A stretch of DNA of 58,833 bases from a virus (lineage: Duplodnaviria > Caudoviricetes), in IMG/VR virus record IMGVR_UViG_3300028361_000031, positions 1-58,833 of that record. One strand, 5' to 3'. A program made the position numbers and the translations under genes. The first letter of the stretch is position 1. Every line of letters begins with the position of its first letter. Positions 20,301-29,282 of the stretch are shown piece after piece. The notes beneath the pieces were generated by a model. That model saw nothing but the letters and a program-made list of their open reading frames with translations. It searched no databases and was not told where the DNA came from.

Positions 20301-20350
20301 AAATCATCAAGGCAAAGGATTTAGTTGAATTGGATGATATAATTATTTAA
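17327..20350 (+). CDS. polB: family B DNA polymerase part 1 (exonuclease + motifs A,B) with contiguous intein
   Basis: YDIEC, TGWN, YRLD, YN..DV, FAGAYV, DLTSLYPS, KILLNSLYG; lacks motif C. Confidence 0.92.
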   Translation: MYKNIHYSRRKNMIYVWDDVLGLKTFKYIKYAYQPAINGEYRSIYGDKLTKTYQYNHDDAGLFESDVPETTRTLIDMYSESDDVSNGHTILTYDIECEMISGLPDPLEATNELTSIALHSSYNDQYWVLVMDKDGSMVERKTDKAIVIPFQREEDMLLKYLELYEQIAPTIVTGWNCIPTNSNIWKKHEIVKLNTILKNDVLYDSKCTELYPVSEKIINTISLKNGECLDASSEHKFLVRYKHKSKYTNLQSSSNTYTESYLSTSDIREKSDMYDIFFQVNVNDNTNNDIEISDDCLYAMGLIYTDGSISKTDKCVSIYNNDYNLICEVKKYLDTQKRVFRTSNFRELPPKTTYRLRTWMTEYNELTKYINFIWNPDIKCKQLNVNLLSKLSKRQFWIFMSGCIDGDGHVFKDGSRGVNLCNYNGDIHNFVELIRWNGAFSYSNDNQLTIPMNSNNLWLKKYLILKIKYKKDGLQSHNTYDIKYSRSKTIKWRYDSISKSYFVALKSIEVSDKSSEMMDISCTGGQFKYRGISTHNCDNFDTPMLYNRIKRLLGETTANRLSPIGECYYSPNRKRFSIAGVSYLDYITLYKNYNFGELPNYRLDTVAKIELGRGKIEYDGNLDELFKDDIEKFIEYNLVDVELVVDFEKKLQFIELCRGICHAGHVPYEDFPWSSKYLEGALLTYLRRGNLVAPNKPNRVTLRIKSGSKGDKNIYMDKLPQNTPTSGNIKISKSPSSHFQLEFSDVDFKTNSFILKEPLPTTLLSEWKLKIDFAGAYVKPPIVGKYDWIFDLDLTSLYPSIIMSLNISPETKIAKIKDWDANKFLNGDVDEYSIDGNIITKENLRKYLDESKYTVASNGMLYQTDIVGCIPGILDLWFNKRVEYNTEKKKWGKLGDKDKYDFYDKRQLVQKILLNSLYGCLGLEIFRFFDIQNAEAVTTTGIFVIKSTADMTNIKYNRELGGQPYIFKLENGETIQRWPNSDVSVNREGIIQIIKAKDLVELDDIII
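17855..18934 (+). mobile_element. contiguous intein with LAGLIDADG endonuclease (360 aa) in PolB ExoII
   Basis: TGWN|CIPTNS...ASSEHKF...MGLIYTDG...SGCIDGDG...ISTHN|CDNFD. Confidence 0.9.
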
Positions 20351-20363
20351 ACAAAAAACAAAT

Positions 20364-20447
20364 ATGAAAATAACAAAAATTACTCGTGGGAACATCAGTA
20401 TAGATGAAAGAGGACAGTGCGACTCTAACATTTATATTGATTTCTAA
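20364..20447 (+). CDS. polB: PolB part 2 start (27 codons, ends ...SNIYIDF*), absent from ORF track
   Basis: MKITKITRGNISIDERGQCDSNIYIDF; same frame as 20478 ORF; supplies YID of the YxDTDS motif. Confidence 0.75.
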   Translation: MKITKITRGNISIDERGQCDSNIYIDF

Positions 20448-20477
20448 TCCCCGTTAGTTAATTCTTTCGGGGATAAA

Positions 20478-21338
20478 ATGTACACAGATTCAGTATTTTT
20501 TAGTGCAACACCATTGATGGATAATAGGTTGCCTAATTGGAAAAATGAAACACAGGAAATAATAACAGGATATGTAAACGATATTGCAACCGAAGTCCAA
20601 GATTATCTAAATAATTTTTATGATGTCCTTGCACCTAAAATATTTAATATCGATAAAGATAAACATAGATTTGAGATAAAGAAAGAATATGTTGCAAAAT
20701 CTGGAATTTGGATTGCAAAAAAGAGATATGCACAGTGGATAATATCAGATAATGGGTTACCAGTTGATAGATTGGATGTAAAGGGATTGGATGTCAAACG
20801 TAGTTCATTTCCAACTGCGTTCAAGGGAATCATGTCAGAGGTTCTAATTTCAATACTAAAGGGTGAAACTGAACAAGATTTATCAGACAAAGTTTTGAAA
20901 TTCAAAAAATCATTACCATCCATAAAAGTCAAATCCATATCTAAAAACTCGGCAGTTAAAGAGTTATCAAAGTATGTATCGAGTGGTGATAGACATCTAT
21001 TTCAATTTAAAAAAGGAACACCCGCCCACGTAAAGGCCGGGATTGCATATAATGATTTACTAATACATTATAAATGTGATTTTAAATATGCTCCACTTTC
21101 GAACGGATCAAAAATTAAATGGATATATTTACGGAATAATCCATTAGGATTGGATGCACTTGGATTTACAGGATATCAGGATCCACCTGAAATTTTGGAA
21201 TTATTGGAAACATACGCACATCATGATAAGATGTTCGAACGGGATTTAGAGGGCAAGCTCCAAGATTTTTGGGATTCGTTGGGTTGGGGAAAAGTAATAG
21301 ATCAAAAGAAATCAGCAGAAAAGTTTTTCAGTTTTTAG
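20478..21338 (+). CDS. polB: family B DNA polymerase C-terminal part (TDS, palm/thumb)
   Basis: TDSVFF, AKKRYA, VKGLDVKRSS, GTPAHVKA, KIKWIYL. Confidence 0.9.
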   Translation: MYTDSVFFSATPLMDNRLPNWKNETQEIITGYVNDIATEVQDYLNNFYDVLAPKIFNIDKDKHRFEIKKEYVAKSGIWIAKKRYAQWIISDNGLPVDRLDVKGLDVKRSSFPTAFKGIMSEVLISILKGETEQDLSDKVLKFKKSLPSIKVKSISKNSAVKELSKYVSSGDRHLFQFKKGTPAHVKAGIAYNDLLIHYKCDFKYAPLSNGSKIKWIYLRNNPLGLDALGFTGYQDPPEILELLETYAHHDKMFERDLEGKLQDFWDSLGWGKVIDQKKSAEKFFSF

Positions 21339-21531
21339 ATTGTGGAAGTAATGATTATAAATAAATTAAGTGAACTATGATTGACACATTTGAAGAACGA
21401 ATAAAACATAAACTCCGTATTCGGGGGTTTTCGGAAAAAACAATACTCAACAATAGAGGTTTAATCGGTGCTGTAATCGAAGATGTAATATTAGACATGA
21501 ATTTGAATGATTTAAAAAATAAATAAAAATT

Positions 21532-21900
21532 ATGAAAGAAACAAGTTATGCAGATATGGTTACTGCATTAGTAAAACCAGGAAAAGACATTCTAACATCA
21601 TTGACATCTGAACAATGTGATATGTTACATATGGGAATTGGAATATCAGGAGAATCAGGGGAACTTTTGGACGCAATAAAAAAATCGACCATTTATCAAA
21701 AACCTATTGATAGGGAAAATATCATAGAAGAATTGGGTGATTTAGAATTTTATATGGAGGGTTTACGACAAAATCTCGGAATATCACGTGAAGAAACTAT
21801 TAAACAAAATATGGATAAATTATTAACAGGAGAAAAGGCTAGATATAAAGTTGGAAAATACACAGATCAACAAGCACAAACTCGTCAAGATAAAGAATAA
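21532..21900 (+). CDS. MazG-like NTP pyrophosphohydrolase
   Basis: GISGESGELLDAIKK...EELGDLEFY...N..KL..RY. Confidence 0.85.
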   Translation: MKETSYADMVTALVKPGKDILTSLTSEQCDMLHMGIGISGESGELLDAIKKSTIYQKPIDRENIIEELGDLEFYMEGLRQNLGISREETIKQNMDKLLTGEKARYKVGKYTDQQAQTRQDKE

Positions 21901-21903
21901 ATT

Positions 21904-22674
21904 ATGAAACTATACGGTGTATCCGGTAAGATAAACTCGGGCAAGGATGAAATCGCGAAAATGATTCAATATTTGAATTATTGCAAATATAATAATGTAA
22001 ACGAATTATCCTATGATGATTTTGAAACTTTATATGATACCGTGCGAACGGATATATCACGTACTAAAATAGAAAAGTTCGGTAGTAAGTTAAAGGATAT
22101 TGTTTGTATCTTATTAGGTTGTACTAGAGAACAATTGGAAGATAGGGAATTTAAAGAAAAAGAATTAGGAGAAGAATGGTGGTATTATGGTTTTGGAGAA
22201 AACAAAATTAATGGAGTTGTTAAACTTGATTATAATAGTCATAAAGAAAACGTCACTGAAAATGGAGTAGATAAAAATGAACAATATATAGTTAAACTTA
22301 CACCTAGACTTTTACTTCAATTAATTGGAACTGAATGTGGCCGTGAAATTATACACCCCAATATTTGGGTAACCTCGACTCTATCTAGTTATAAGGAACA
22401 ACTTAGGTGGTTAGATGTGGATAACTACAATATAGAAAAACAACCAAATTGGGTAATTTCCGATGTAAGATTTCCAAATGAAGTAAGTAGTATCGAAAAT
22501 TTAAATGGAATTGTAATTCGTGTTATCAGAGGAGACAATATAATCACGGAAAAAGAACATGAATCAGAAACTGCGTTAGATTCTCATATATTTGAATATA
22601 TAATTGAAAATAATGGTACAAAGGCTGAATTATTAGAAAAAGTTAAAAAAATAATTGAAAATAAATCCAAATAA
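21904..22674 (+). CDS. deoxynucleoside monophosphate kinase
   Basis: GKINSGKD, PRLLLQLIGTE.GR, ISDVRFPNE, HESETALD. Confidence 0.88.
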   Translation: MKLYGVSGKINSGKDEIAKMIQYLNYCKYNNVNELSYDDFETLYDTVRTDISRTKIEKFGSKLKDIVCILLGCTREQLEDREFKEKELGEEWWYYGFGENKINGVVKLDYNSHKENVTENGVDKNEQYIVKLTPRLLLQLIGTECGREIIHPNIWVTSTLSSYKEQLRWLDVDNYNIEKQPNWVISDVRFPNEVSSIENLNGIVIRVIRGDNIITEKEHESETALDSHIFEYIIENNGTKAELLEKVKKIIENKSK

Positions 22675-22745
22675 ATTTGGTAAATCGAAATAAAAATCGT
22701 ATCTTGTATGGGATATAATATAATCTAAAATTAAAATAATTACAA

Positions 22746-23459
22746 ATGGAAAAACAAAAATTAAACAAGTTTATTAGTAAATATTCACTTGGTTCACTCA
22801 TTGAAAGTGTTAAATGGCAATCTGAAAATAACACTTTACAAACATCATTTATTTCAGATGATAAATCTGTATTGGGTAAGGTATCCATGACTGAATTTGA
22901 ATTTGATAATTCTGAATTCGGTGTATATGATACAAGTAAATTAAAAGGAATGTTATCCGTACTTGGTGATGATATTGATTTCTCAATCACATCTGCAAAT
23001 GAAAAATCAGTTTCATTGAAATTCAAGGATAAATCAACTTCTATTAATTATATGTTAGCAGACTTATCGGTAATACCAAATGTTCCCGATTTAAAGACAT
23101 TACCAGATTTCGATGTTGAAATTAAATTAGATGATGTCTTTATTAATAAATTTATTAAAGCAAAAGGGGCTCTTTCAGAGGAAAATAACTTTACGTTCAT
23201 ATCTAAGAATGGGAAAGATCAAATAATCCTAGGGTACACCACTATTAATTCAAACCGAATTACAATTGATGTTGATAGAGATGGTACAGGTGATGTAGAA
23301 CCTATTTCATTTTCAGCAACATATTTGAAAGAAATATTACTTGCGAATAAAGATGCATCGGATGCAACATTAAAAATATCAACACAAGGATTATCTCATA
23401 TTCATTTTAATGTAGGTAATTACTTATCAGATTATTATCTTGTGGAAGTTAAATCGTAA
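22746..23459 (+). CDS. DNA polymerase sliding clamp (gp45/PCNA-like)
   Basis: 237 aa, FGVYD..KL..LSV, YMLAD..VI, C-terminal S.QGL..F..YYLV; replication context. Confidence 0.7.
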   Translation: MEKQKLNKFISKYSLGSLIESVKWQSENNTLQTSFISDDKSVLGKVSMTEFEFDNSEFGVYDTSKLKGMLSVLGDDIDFSITSANEKSVSLKFKDKSTSINYMLADLSVIPNVPDLKTLPDFDVEIKLDDVFINKFIKAKGALSEENNFTFISKNGKDQIILGYTTINSNRITIDVDRDGTGDVEPISFSATYLKEILLANKDASDATLKISTQGLSHIHFNVGNYLSDYYLVEVKS

Positions 23460-23473
23460 AAATCTTAATTTAA

Positions 23474-24613
23474 ATGAACGATTTTTTCGGCACGGTTGAT
23501 ATGGATAATAGTAGGAAAGTTTTGGTGATACCAAATATCACCAATTATTCCAACATTGAAAAGGACTCCTTTGTGGATGTTATTAATAATCACATCGTTG
23601 CTTTACAACATCGAGGTGATTATTTTTGGCACATCATAATGCCAACCGGAAATCTTAGTAAGAAATTGAACTTGTTAGATAACGTTCAACAACATCAAAT
23701 GGATATTCCAGGTGATATGATGAACCAACGTTCATTTCCATCCCCAGATATTATCAAATTATTACGTGATATCGATTATGATGCTATTTATTCACACTTA
23801 CCCGATTGGGTACAAGTTGGTAGGTATAAAAAATCAGTAGATACCAAGATAATTGGATATTGTCATTGGTGGGAAATGAAAGGTGCCAACGGTGTAGATT
23901 ATAGAGCTGGAAAACCTAAATGGATGTGGTTACCGGTAGAATTATTGGGAATTTCACAAATGGAAACGTGTTATCTAAATACACAAGACCAAAAGAATAG
24001 GGTAATTGAACAAGCTAAGGAAACCTTTAACGAAGACTTTGTAAAAAAATTGGAAGATATATTAGTGGTATGGAATCTCGGTGTGAACAAAAAATCGATA
24101 ATCACTACTGCTAAAGACGAAAAAGAAAAAGTGATTGTGTTCAATCACCGTGCAGCCTCGTATAAGGGGTATCCGAAGTTCATAGAATATATGAAGGATT
24201 ATCGGAAAAAAAGACAGGATTTTACGGTATGGGTGCCTCAACTAAACGGCACTCCTGATGAATCTTGGATAGATAATACCAAAGTACCCAAGCACGAATA
24301 CTATAAACGATTACAGAGCTGCACCGTCGGTATCCAAATGAGGCAGACTAATTACGGTTGGTCGGTAAGTGGTACGGATTGTATGATGAACGGTACACCT
24401 ATGGTATGGCAGGAATCCGATTGTTATCATGAAATAGATCCAGACGGATTGTTTTTCAAGACAAAGAACGAGTTGTTCGAACTATTGGATAAATTATTGG
24501 ATAATTTAGAATTCCGTAAATTAAATGAAGCTCGCAGTTTACACCGATCACATATACTTTCAGAAAACGAAGGAAAAATGATTGACAAACTTAACGAAAA
24601 ATTAAAGAAATAA
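23474..24613 (+). CDS. GT-B glycosyltransferase (possible DNA-modifying)
   Basis: VFNHR..YKGY..F, KHEYY..L, GWSVSGTDCMMNGTP (GT4-like motif variant). Confidence 0.65.
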   Translation: MNDFFGTVDMDNSRKVLVIPNITNYSNIEKDSFVDVINNHIVALQHRGDYFWHIIMPTGNLSKKLNLLDNVQQHQMDIPGDMMNQRSFPSPDIIKLLRDIDYDAIYSHLPDWVQVGRYKKSVDTKIIGYCHWWEMKGANGVDYRAGKPKWMWLPVELLGISQMETCYLNTQDQKNRVIEQAKETFNEDFVKKLEDILVVWNLGVNKKSIITTAKDEKEKVIVFNHRAASYKGYPKFIEYMKDYRKKRQDFTVWVPQLNGTPDESWIDNTKVPKHEYYKRLQSCTVGIQMRQTNYGWSVSGTDCMMNGTPMVWQESDCYHEIDPDGLFFKTKNELFELLDKLLDNLEFRKLNEARSLHRSHILSENEGKMIDKLNEKLKK

Positions 24614-24614
24614 T

Positions 24615-25775
24615 ATGAAATTTTGGGATACTGGTATTGATACTTCTATATTCGATTTCGAACGGGAAAAAAAAACCCTAATCGATAATCTTGAATACCT
24701 GAATTCTATGGGTGTTGAGGAACAGACCTTATATAAGAAATATGTAGAGTTACAGACACCATCGAGTATTAATAGTAGATCTGATTTTGCTAGATATTAT
24801 GATTGGCAATGGTCACCAACCGATATAAACAATAAAGAACTTACGATTAAGGAGATAAGTGCGTTGGATCCTTATATCGAAATCGTAGAACGGGATGATC
24901 AGTTGGTGAAATGGACTTCGGTACGTAAGATGATACATACTATGAGTTGGACTGCTAACCCAGGTCGTAACGTGAAGATTTTTGTAATCGATAGAACATC
25001 GGGTAAACTTTTGGGATTGATTTCCCTTGCTTCAGATGTAACGTCCATCGGTTGTAGGGATAGGTATATCGGTTGGGGTAAGGAAGATAAGTTTGAAAAT
25101 GGTAAACTTAACAGTACCACTATCGCTTCAACGATTGTATGTACCCAACCTTTAGGATATAATTTTCTAGGTGGAAAATTGATAGCGATGATGTGTACTT
25201 CACCTGCGGTAAGGGAACATTGGAAAGAAAAATATGATGATATCCTTATAGGTGTAACCACTACGTCATTGTACGGCATACATTCACAATATAACGGAAT
25301 ACCACATTTTAAGACAGTTGGTGAAACCACGGGTCAAACTTCACAGAAACCTGATGATTTCATTTATAAACCATGGCATGATTGGTTGAAGCAAAATTAT
25401 TATGAGGAATGGCATAAAGCTGTTAGTGCTACAGGCCCTAAGCAAAATATATTGAATCGTATCTATAAACATATAGATATGTCAAGTAAACAATTCCAAC
25501 ATGGGTTCAGACGAGGTGTATATTTTGCTCAAATGTACGATAATGGGAATGATTTTCTATGTTCCAAAATTGATGAAAGTGAATTGGTAATGAAACAGAA
25601 AATGGTAGATGGTGTTCCATATATCAATAATTGGTGGAAACGTCAGGCTACCAAACGGTATGTAAAATTACACGAACAGGGTAGATTGAAACCTGATTGT
25701 CTATATTATCACAATGCAGTTGGCTGTAGCTGGGAAGAAATGAAGAATAAATATTTAAAAGAAGTTGGACGTTAA
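24615..25775 (+). CDS. DUF4338/DruA-like protein, copy 1
   Basis: NPGRN..IFV.D..SGKLLG.I.LASD...RD.YIGW...TQPLGYNFLGGKL...TTSLYG.HSQYNG. Confidence 0.7.
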   Translation: MKFWDTGIDTSIFDFEREKKTLIDNLEYLNSMGVEEQTLYKKYVELQTPSSINSRSDFARYYDWQWSPTDINNKELTIKEISALDPYIEIVERDDQLVKWTSVRKMIHTMSWTANPGRNVKIFVIDRTSGKLLGLISLASDVTSIGCRDRYIGWGKEDKFENGKLNSTTIASTIVCTQPLGYNFLGGKLIAMMCTSPAVREHWKEKYDDILIGVTTTSLYGIHSQYNGIPHFKTVGETTGQTSQKPDDFIYKPWHDWLKQNYYEEWHKAVSATGPKQNILNRIYKHIDMSSKQFQHGFRRGVYFAQMYDNGNDFLCSKIDESELVMKQKMVDGVPYINNWWKRQATKRYVKLHEQGRLKPDCLYYHNAVGCSWEEMKNKYLKEVGR

Positions 25776-25776
25776 T

Positions 25777-26988
25777 ATGGAGTTTTGGGATGCAGAAGAT
25801 GATAGGGTAGATTTTAATTTTGATACCGAAAAAAAGTACTTGATGGAAAACATGGAGTATCTTATGAATATGTCCGTTGAGGAGCAGACCTTATATAAAA
25901 AGTGGGTGGAATTACAAGAACCCAATGTTATAAAGGAAAAGTATTCTTCGTACGCTGGATTATACGATTGGCAATGGAAACCGACTGATATCTATAATAA
26001 GGAACAAACTATCAAAGAGATAGAAGAACTTGAACCCGAAGTATGGATAGTAAAGGATGATTCCGAGGCCACACGTTGGGTTAAATCTCGGAAGATGATA
26101 CACACAATGAGTTGGACTGCTAATCCAGGTCGTAATATGAAAGTATATGTTACCGATAAAAAATCCCATAAGTTATTAGGACAGATTTCGATTGCATCCG
26201 ATGTGACTTCATTAGGGGTACGGGATAAATATATCGGTTGGTCAAAGGATAATAAATTTAAGGATGGTAAATTGAACCATACAGCTATCGCATCAACGAT
26301 AGTTTGTACGCAACCATTGGGATATAACTTTTTAGGTGGGAAATTAATTGCTATGATGGCCACAACAGCTCCAATACGTGATTTTTGGGAAGAAAAGTAC
26401 GGACAGAAATTAATCGCTCTTGGTACAACTTCTTTATATGGAATTCACTCGCAGTATAATGGAATTCCACATTATAAAACTCTTGGTGAATCCAAAGGAC
26501 AGGTATCCGTAAAACCAGATGATTCATTTTATGATCCATGGCATCAATGGTTGAAGGAAAACCGAAGTGAGTGGTATCAAAAAAATATAACCGATGAACG
26601 ATTACGAAATGGTGAATCTATGGGAATCGCTTCTGGACCTGTGAATGGTATCAAGCAAAAAATTCTTGGTAAGATATTCAAGGAAATTAATATAAACCCA
26701 AAGATATACAATCATGGGTTTAAACGCGGTATCTATTTAGCTCAAATGTATGATAACGGTAATGAATTTTTACGTTCCGAGATAGATGAATCAGAATTAA
26801 AATTGAAAAAGAAATTCGATGATAATGTTACATATATAACAAATTGGTGGAAACCAAAAGCGATTAGACGATATACCAAGTTGTTCGATGAAAATCGTAT
26901 CAAACCAGAATGTTTGTTTTACTTAGATGCTATCGGAACTTCTTGGGAAATGGTAAAAGATAAATACTTAAATGAAGTTGGACGTTAA
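25777..26988 (+). CDS. DUF4338/DruA-like protein, copy 2 (tandem paralog)
   Basis: Collinear with copy 1 end to end (M.FWD...EVGR); ATG 25777. Confidence 0.7.
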   Translation: MEFWDAEDDRVDFNFDTEKKYLMENMEYLMNMSVEEQTLYKKWVELQEPNVIKEKYSSYAGLYDWQWKPTDIYNKEQTIKEIEELEPEVWIVKDDSEATRWVKSRKMIHTMSWTANPGRNMKVYVTDKKSHKLLGQISIASDVTSLGVRDKYIGWSKDNKFKDGKLNHTAIASTIVCTQPLGYNFLGGKLIAMMATTAPIRDFWEEKYGQKLIALGTTSLYGIHSQYNGIPHYKTLGESKGQVSVKPDDSFYDPWHQWLKENRSEWYQKNITDERLRNGESMGIASGPVNGIKQKILGKIFKEININPKIYNHGFKRGIYLAQMYDNGNEFLRSEIDESELKLKKKFDDNVTYITNWWKPKAIRRYTKLFDENRIKPECLFYLDAIGTSWEMVKDKYLNEVGR

Positions 26989-27073
26989 AAATAAACCTAA
27001 ATGTTTTTAAAACGAAAATATAATGAAAGAATATATAAGTACGAACCGTGTTTAACTTTTTTGAAAAAATAAT

Positions 27074-27319
27074 ATGAAACGTTATCAAGAATGTAATTTT
27101 TTAGAGAAGATTTGGAGGACCAGGTGGTATTTGGTTCTACCGTTTATTTTCTTATATGAATATACTAAGTATTCGTATAAAACAAAAACATTTGATAAAT
27201 ATGGGGCTAATCTTATTTGGAGTATTAATGTTAGTATATTACAGTTAGATAAAATGAATTATTATTGGGAATCGGAAGAAGTTTTTAGTAGAATCAAAAC
27301 CGTAATAGAAAAAAAATGA
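27074..27319 (+). CDS. hypothetical protein
   Basis: 81-aa ORF. Confidence 0.5.
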   Translation: MKRYQECNFLEKIWRTRWYLVLPFIFLYEYTKYSYKTKTFDKYGANLIWSINVSILQLDKMNYYWESEEVFSRIKTVIEKK

Positions 27320-27727
27320 TAGAACATCAAAAAATAATAGATAAACTCTATTTTGATTTATTTGGCCAACGGATAAATACATTAGATGTATTTGATGATA
27401 AATTTTGGGAAATATGAAATTAAAACAAGACTAAATGTTTTTTAAACGAAAAATTCAAAAAAAGTATATTACTACTATATAGATGGTGTCGATGTTGAAA
27501 CCATATCTGCACTATTAGGAATACACCATGATGATGTAGATGAAATAATTGATTATTTAAACTATTTAATATAAAGATATGGCAGGAAACGACAACGTAT
27601 CATACAGTGGATGGTATACGGCCCGTGAAGTATTTGAAATAGAAAACATAAAACAAAGGCATATAACTACTGTAACTCGTGGTTGGGTTAACAGATCCGG
27701 GAACGTGGTAACATTTGGGATGTGTAA

Positions 27728-28294
27728 ATGATGAAAGAATATATAAATCATACAGGAGGTTGTGTCGGTGCGGATATGAGTTGGGAAACCCAAGGGATTG
27801 AATATGGTATATATTCTATATCATATTCATATAGAAACCATCACCAAAGTGGTAGAAATCAATACATCATGACCGTGGATGAATTGATGGAGGGATGGGA
27901 AAATGTACAAAAGGCAGGACAATCATTAAAACGGAATTTAAAGACAATTGAGTATAATCCGTATGTTAAAAACTTACTATCACGAAACTGGTTTCAAGTA
28001 AAACATTCAGATGCAATATTTGCCATAGGTACATTTGTGAATTCCAAATTAACAGAAGTAAGTGGTGGTACAGGTTGGGCAGTACAAATGGGAATTGATA
28101 ATAATAAACCAGTATATGTTTTTGATCAAGAAATGAATAGTTGGTTTATGTACTTATATTCAGAATGTAAATTTACTAAGTGTTATTCGATACCTAAATT
28201 AACAGAAAATTTTGCAGGAATTGGTACACGCGGCCTAAATATTTTTGGAAAACAAGCAATAGAAGAAATATATAAACATAATTTTAAGAAATGA
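27728..28294 (+). CDS. SLOG/YspA-like nucleotide-binding protein
   Basis: HTGGCVGAD, RNWFQV..SDAIFAIG, SGGTGWAV, KPVYVFDQ, FAGIGTR. Confidence 0.65.
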   Translation: MMKEYINHTGGCVGADMSWETQGIEYGIYSISYSYRNHHQSGRNQYIMTVDELMEGWENVQKAGQSLKRNLKTIEYNPYVKNLLSRNWFQVKHSDAIFAIGTFVNSKLTEVSGGTGWAVQMGIDNNKPVYVFDQEMNSWFMYLYSECKFTKCYSIPKLTENFAGIGTRGLNIFGKQAIEEIYKHNFKK

Positions 28295-28574
28295 CTTGCA
28301 TAGTTGGAATAATAGATAAGGAATCCGCATTGGTGGTAATTCCGTCGGTGTATACTGGACAGATATATACATTAGAAAGGATGTAAAGGTATTTAGAGTA
28401 GGTGAATCACATGATAATTATGCATTAATCGGATGTGGTGAATCATATGCATTGGGTTCTTTATTCGAAACTCAATCAAATCTATCACCGAAACAGAGAA
28501 TAATCAAATCGTTGTAATGTATATCCAAATTCAGTAATGGAGTAGCACCACCATTCATACTAGAAAAAATATAA
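28291..28574 (+). pseudogene. degraded HslV/proteasome-like Ntn protease
   Basis: Fragments MTCIVGII.., IRKDVKVF, IGCGESYALGSL..PKQRI..*..FSNGVAPPF with frameshifts, deletion and stop. Confidence 0.6.
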
Positions 28575-28634
28575 TTTAACAAAACTTTAACTTTTAGTAT
28601 GTGGTAGAAAAGTATAGACCTCATACTTATAAGT

Positions 28635-29279
28635 ATGATTATATACAAAGTAACAAATACTATAAGCAATAAAGTTTATATAGGACAAACAATTCAGACA
28701 CTACCACAAAGACAATCGGTACATCGAAAAACAGCAAAGAATGGATCCGAAACTAATTTCCATAGAGCATTGAGAAAATACTCAAAACGCAATTGGAAAT
28801 GGGAAGTATTGGAAACTGTAAAATCGGCTGAATTACTTAATGAACGAGAGATATTTCATATTAGAGAATATGATGCATATAAGTCAGGATATAATATGAC
28901 CGAAGGTGGTGATGGGGGATTGACATATAAAAAGGGAACTGAATTATACGAACGTATCAAACATAAACTTGGTAAATGGGAGAATGGAAATCCGGGTGCA
29001 ACACCAATTGCAATAAAAAAGAGATTAGAAACTTTCAAATCCGTAAATTGGCCAAGCGGTGAAACTCACGGTAACTATGGAACGCATCCTGAAAAACCAT
29101 CTTTACGTGGCAGTGGTAATCCAATGTATGGTAAGACACCTACAAATGCTCGTAGAGTAGAGGTTGATGGAATTGTATATAAAAGTGTTGCTGATGCAGC
29201 TCGGAAACTGGATACCAATAATAATACGATTAGGAGAAGGTGCTTAAATGAAGAATTAACAAATTATAAATATAAATAG
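28635..29279 (+). CDS. GIY-YIG homing endonuclease
   Basis: IIYKVTN...VYIGQT...R...E...GYNMTEGG; NPMYGK; NUMOD1 tail. Confidence 0.88.
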   Translation: MIIYKVTNTISNKVYIGQTIQTLPQRQSVHRKTAKNGSETNFHRALRKYSKRNWKWEVLETVKSAELLNEREIFHIREYDAYKSGYNMTEGGDGGLTYKKGTELYERIKHKLGKWENGNPGATPIAIKKRLETFKSVNWPSGETHGNYGTHPEKPSLRGSGNPMYGKTPTNARRVEVDGIVYKSVADAARKLDTNNNTIRRRCLNEELTNYKYK

Positions 29280-29282
29280 AAT

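Noticed and set aside
20442-20483. Group I intron in polB
   Set aside because: Only 42 nt, no catalytic core, and the excision restoring YIDTDS does not end in G
24615-26988. Complete Druantia defence system
   Set aside because: No DruE helicase or other Dru genes; replication-operon context
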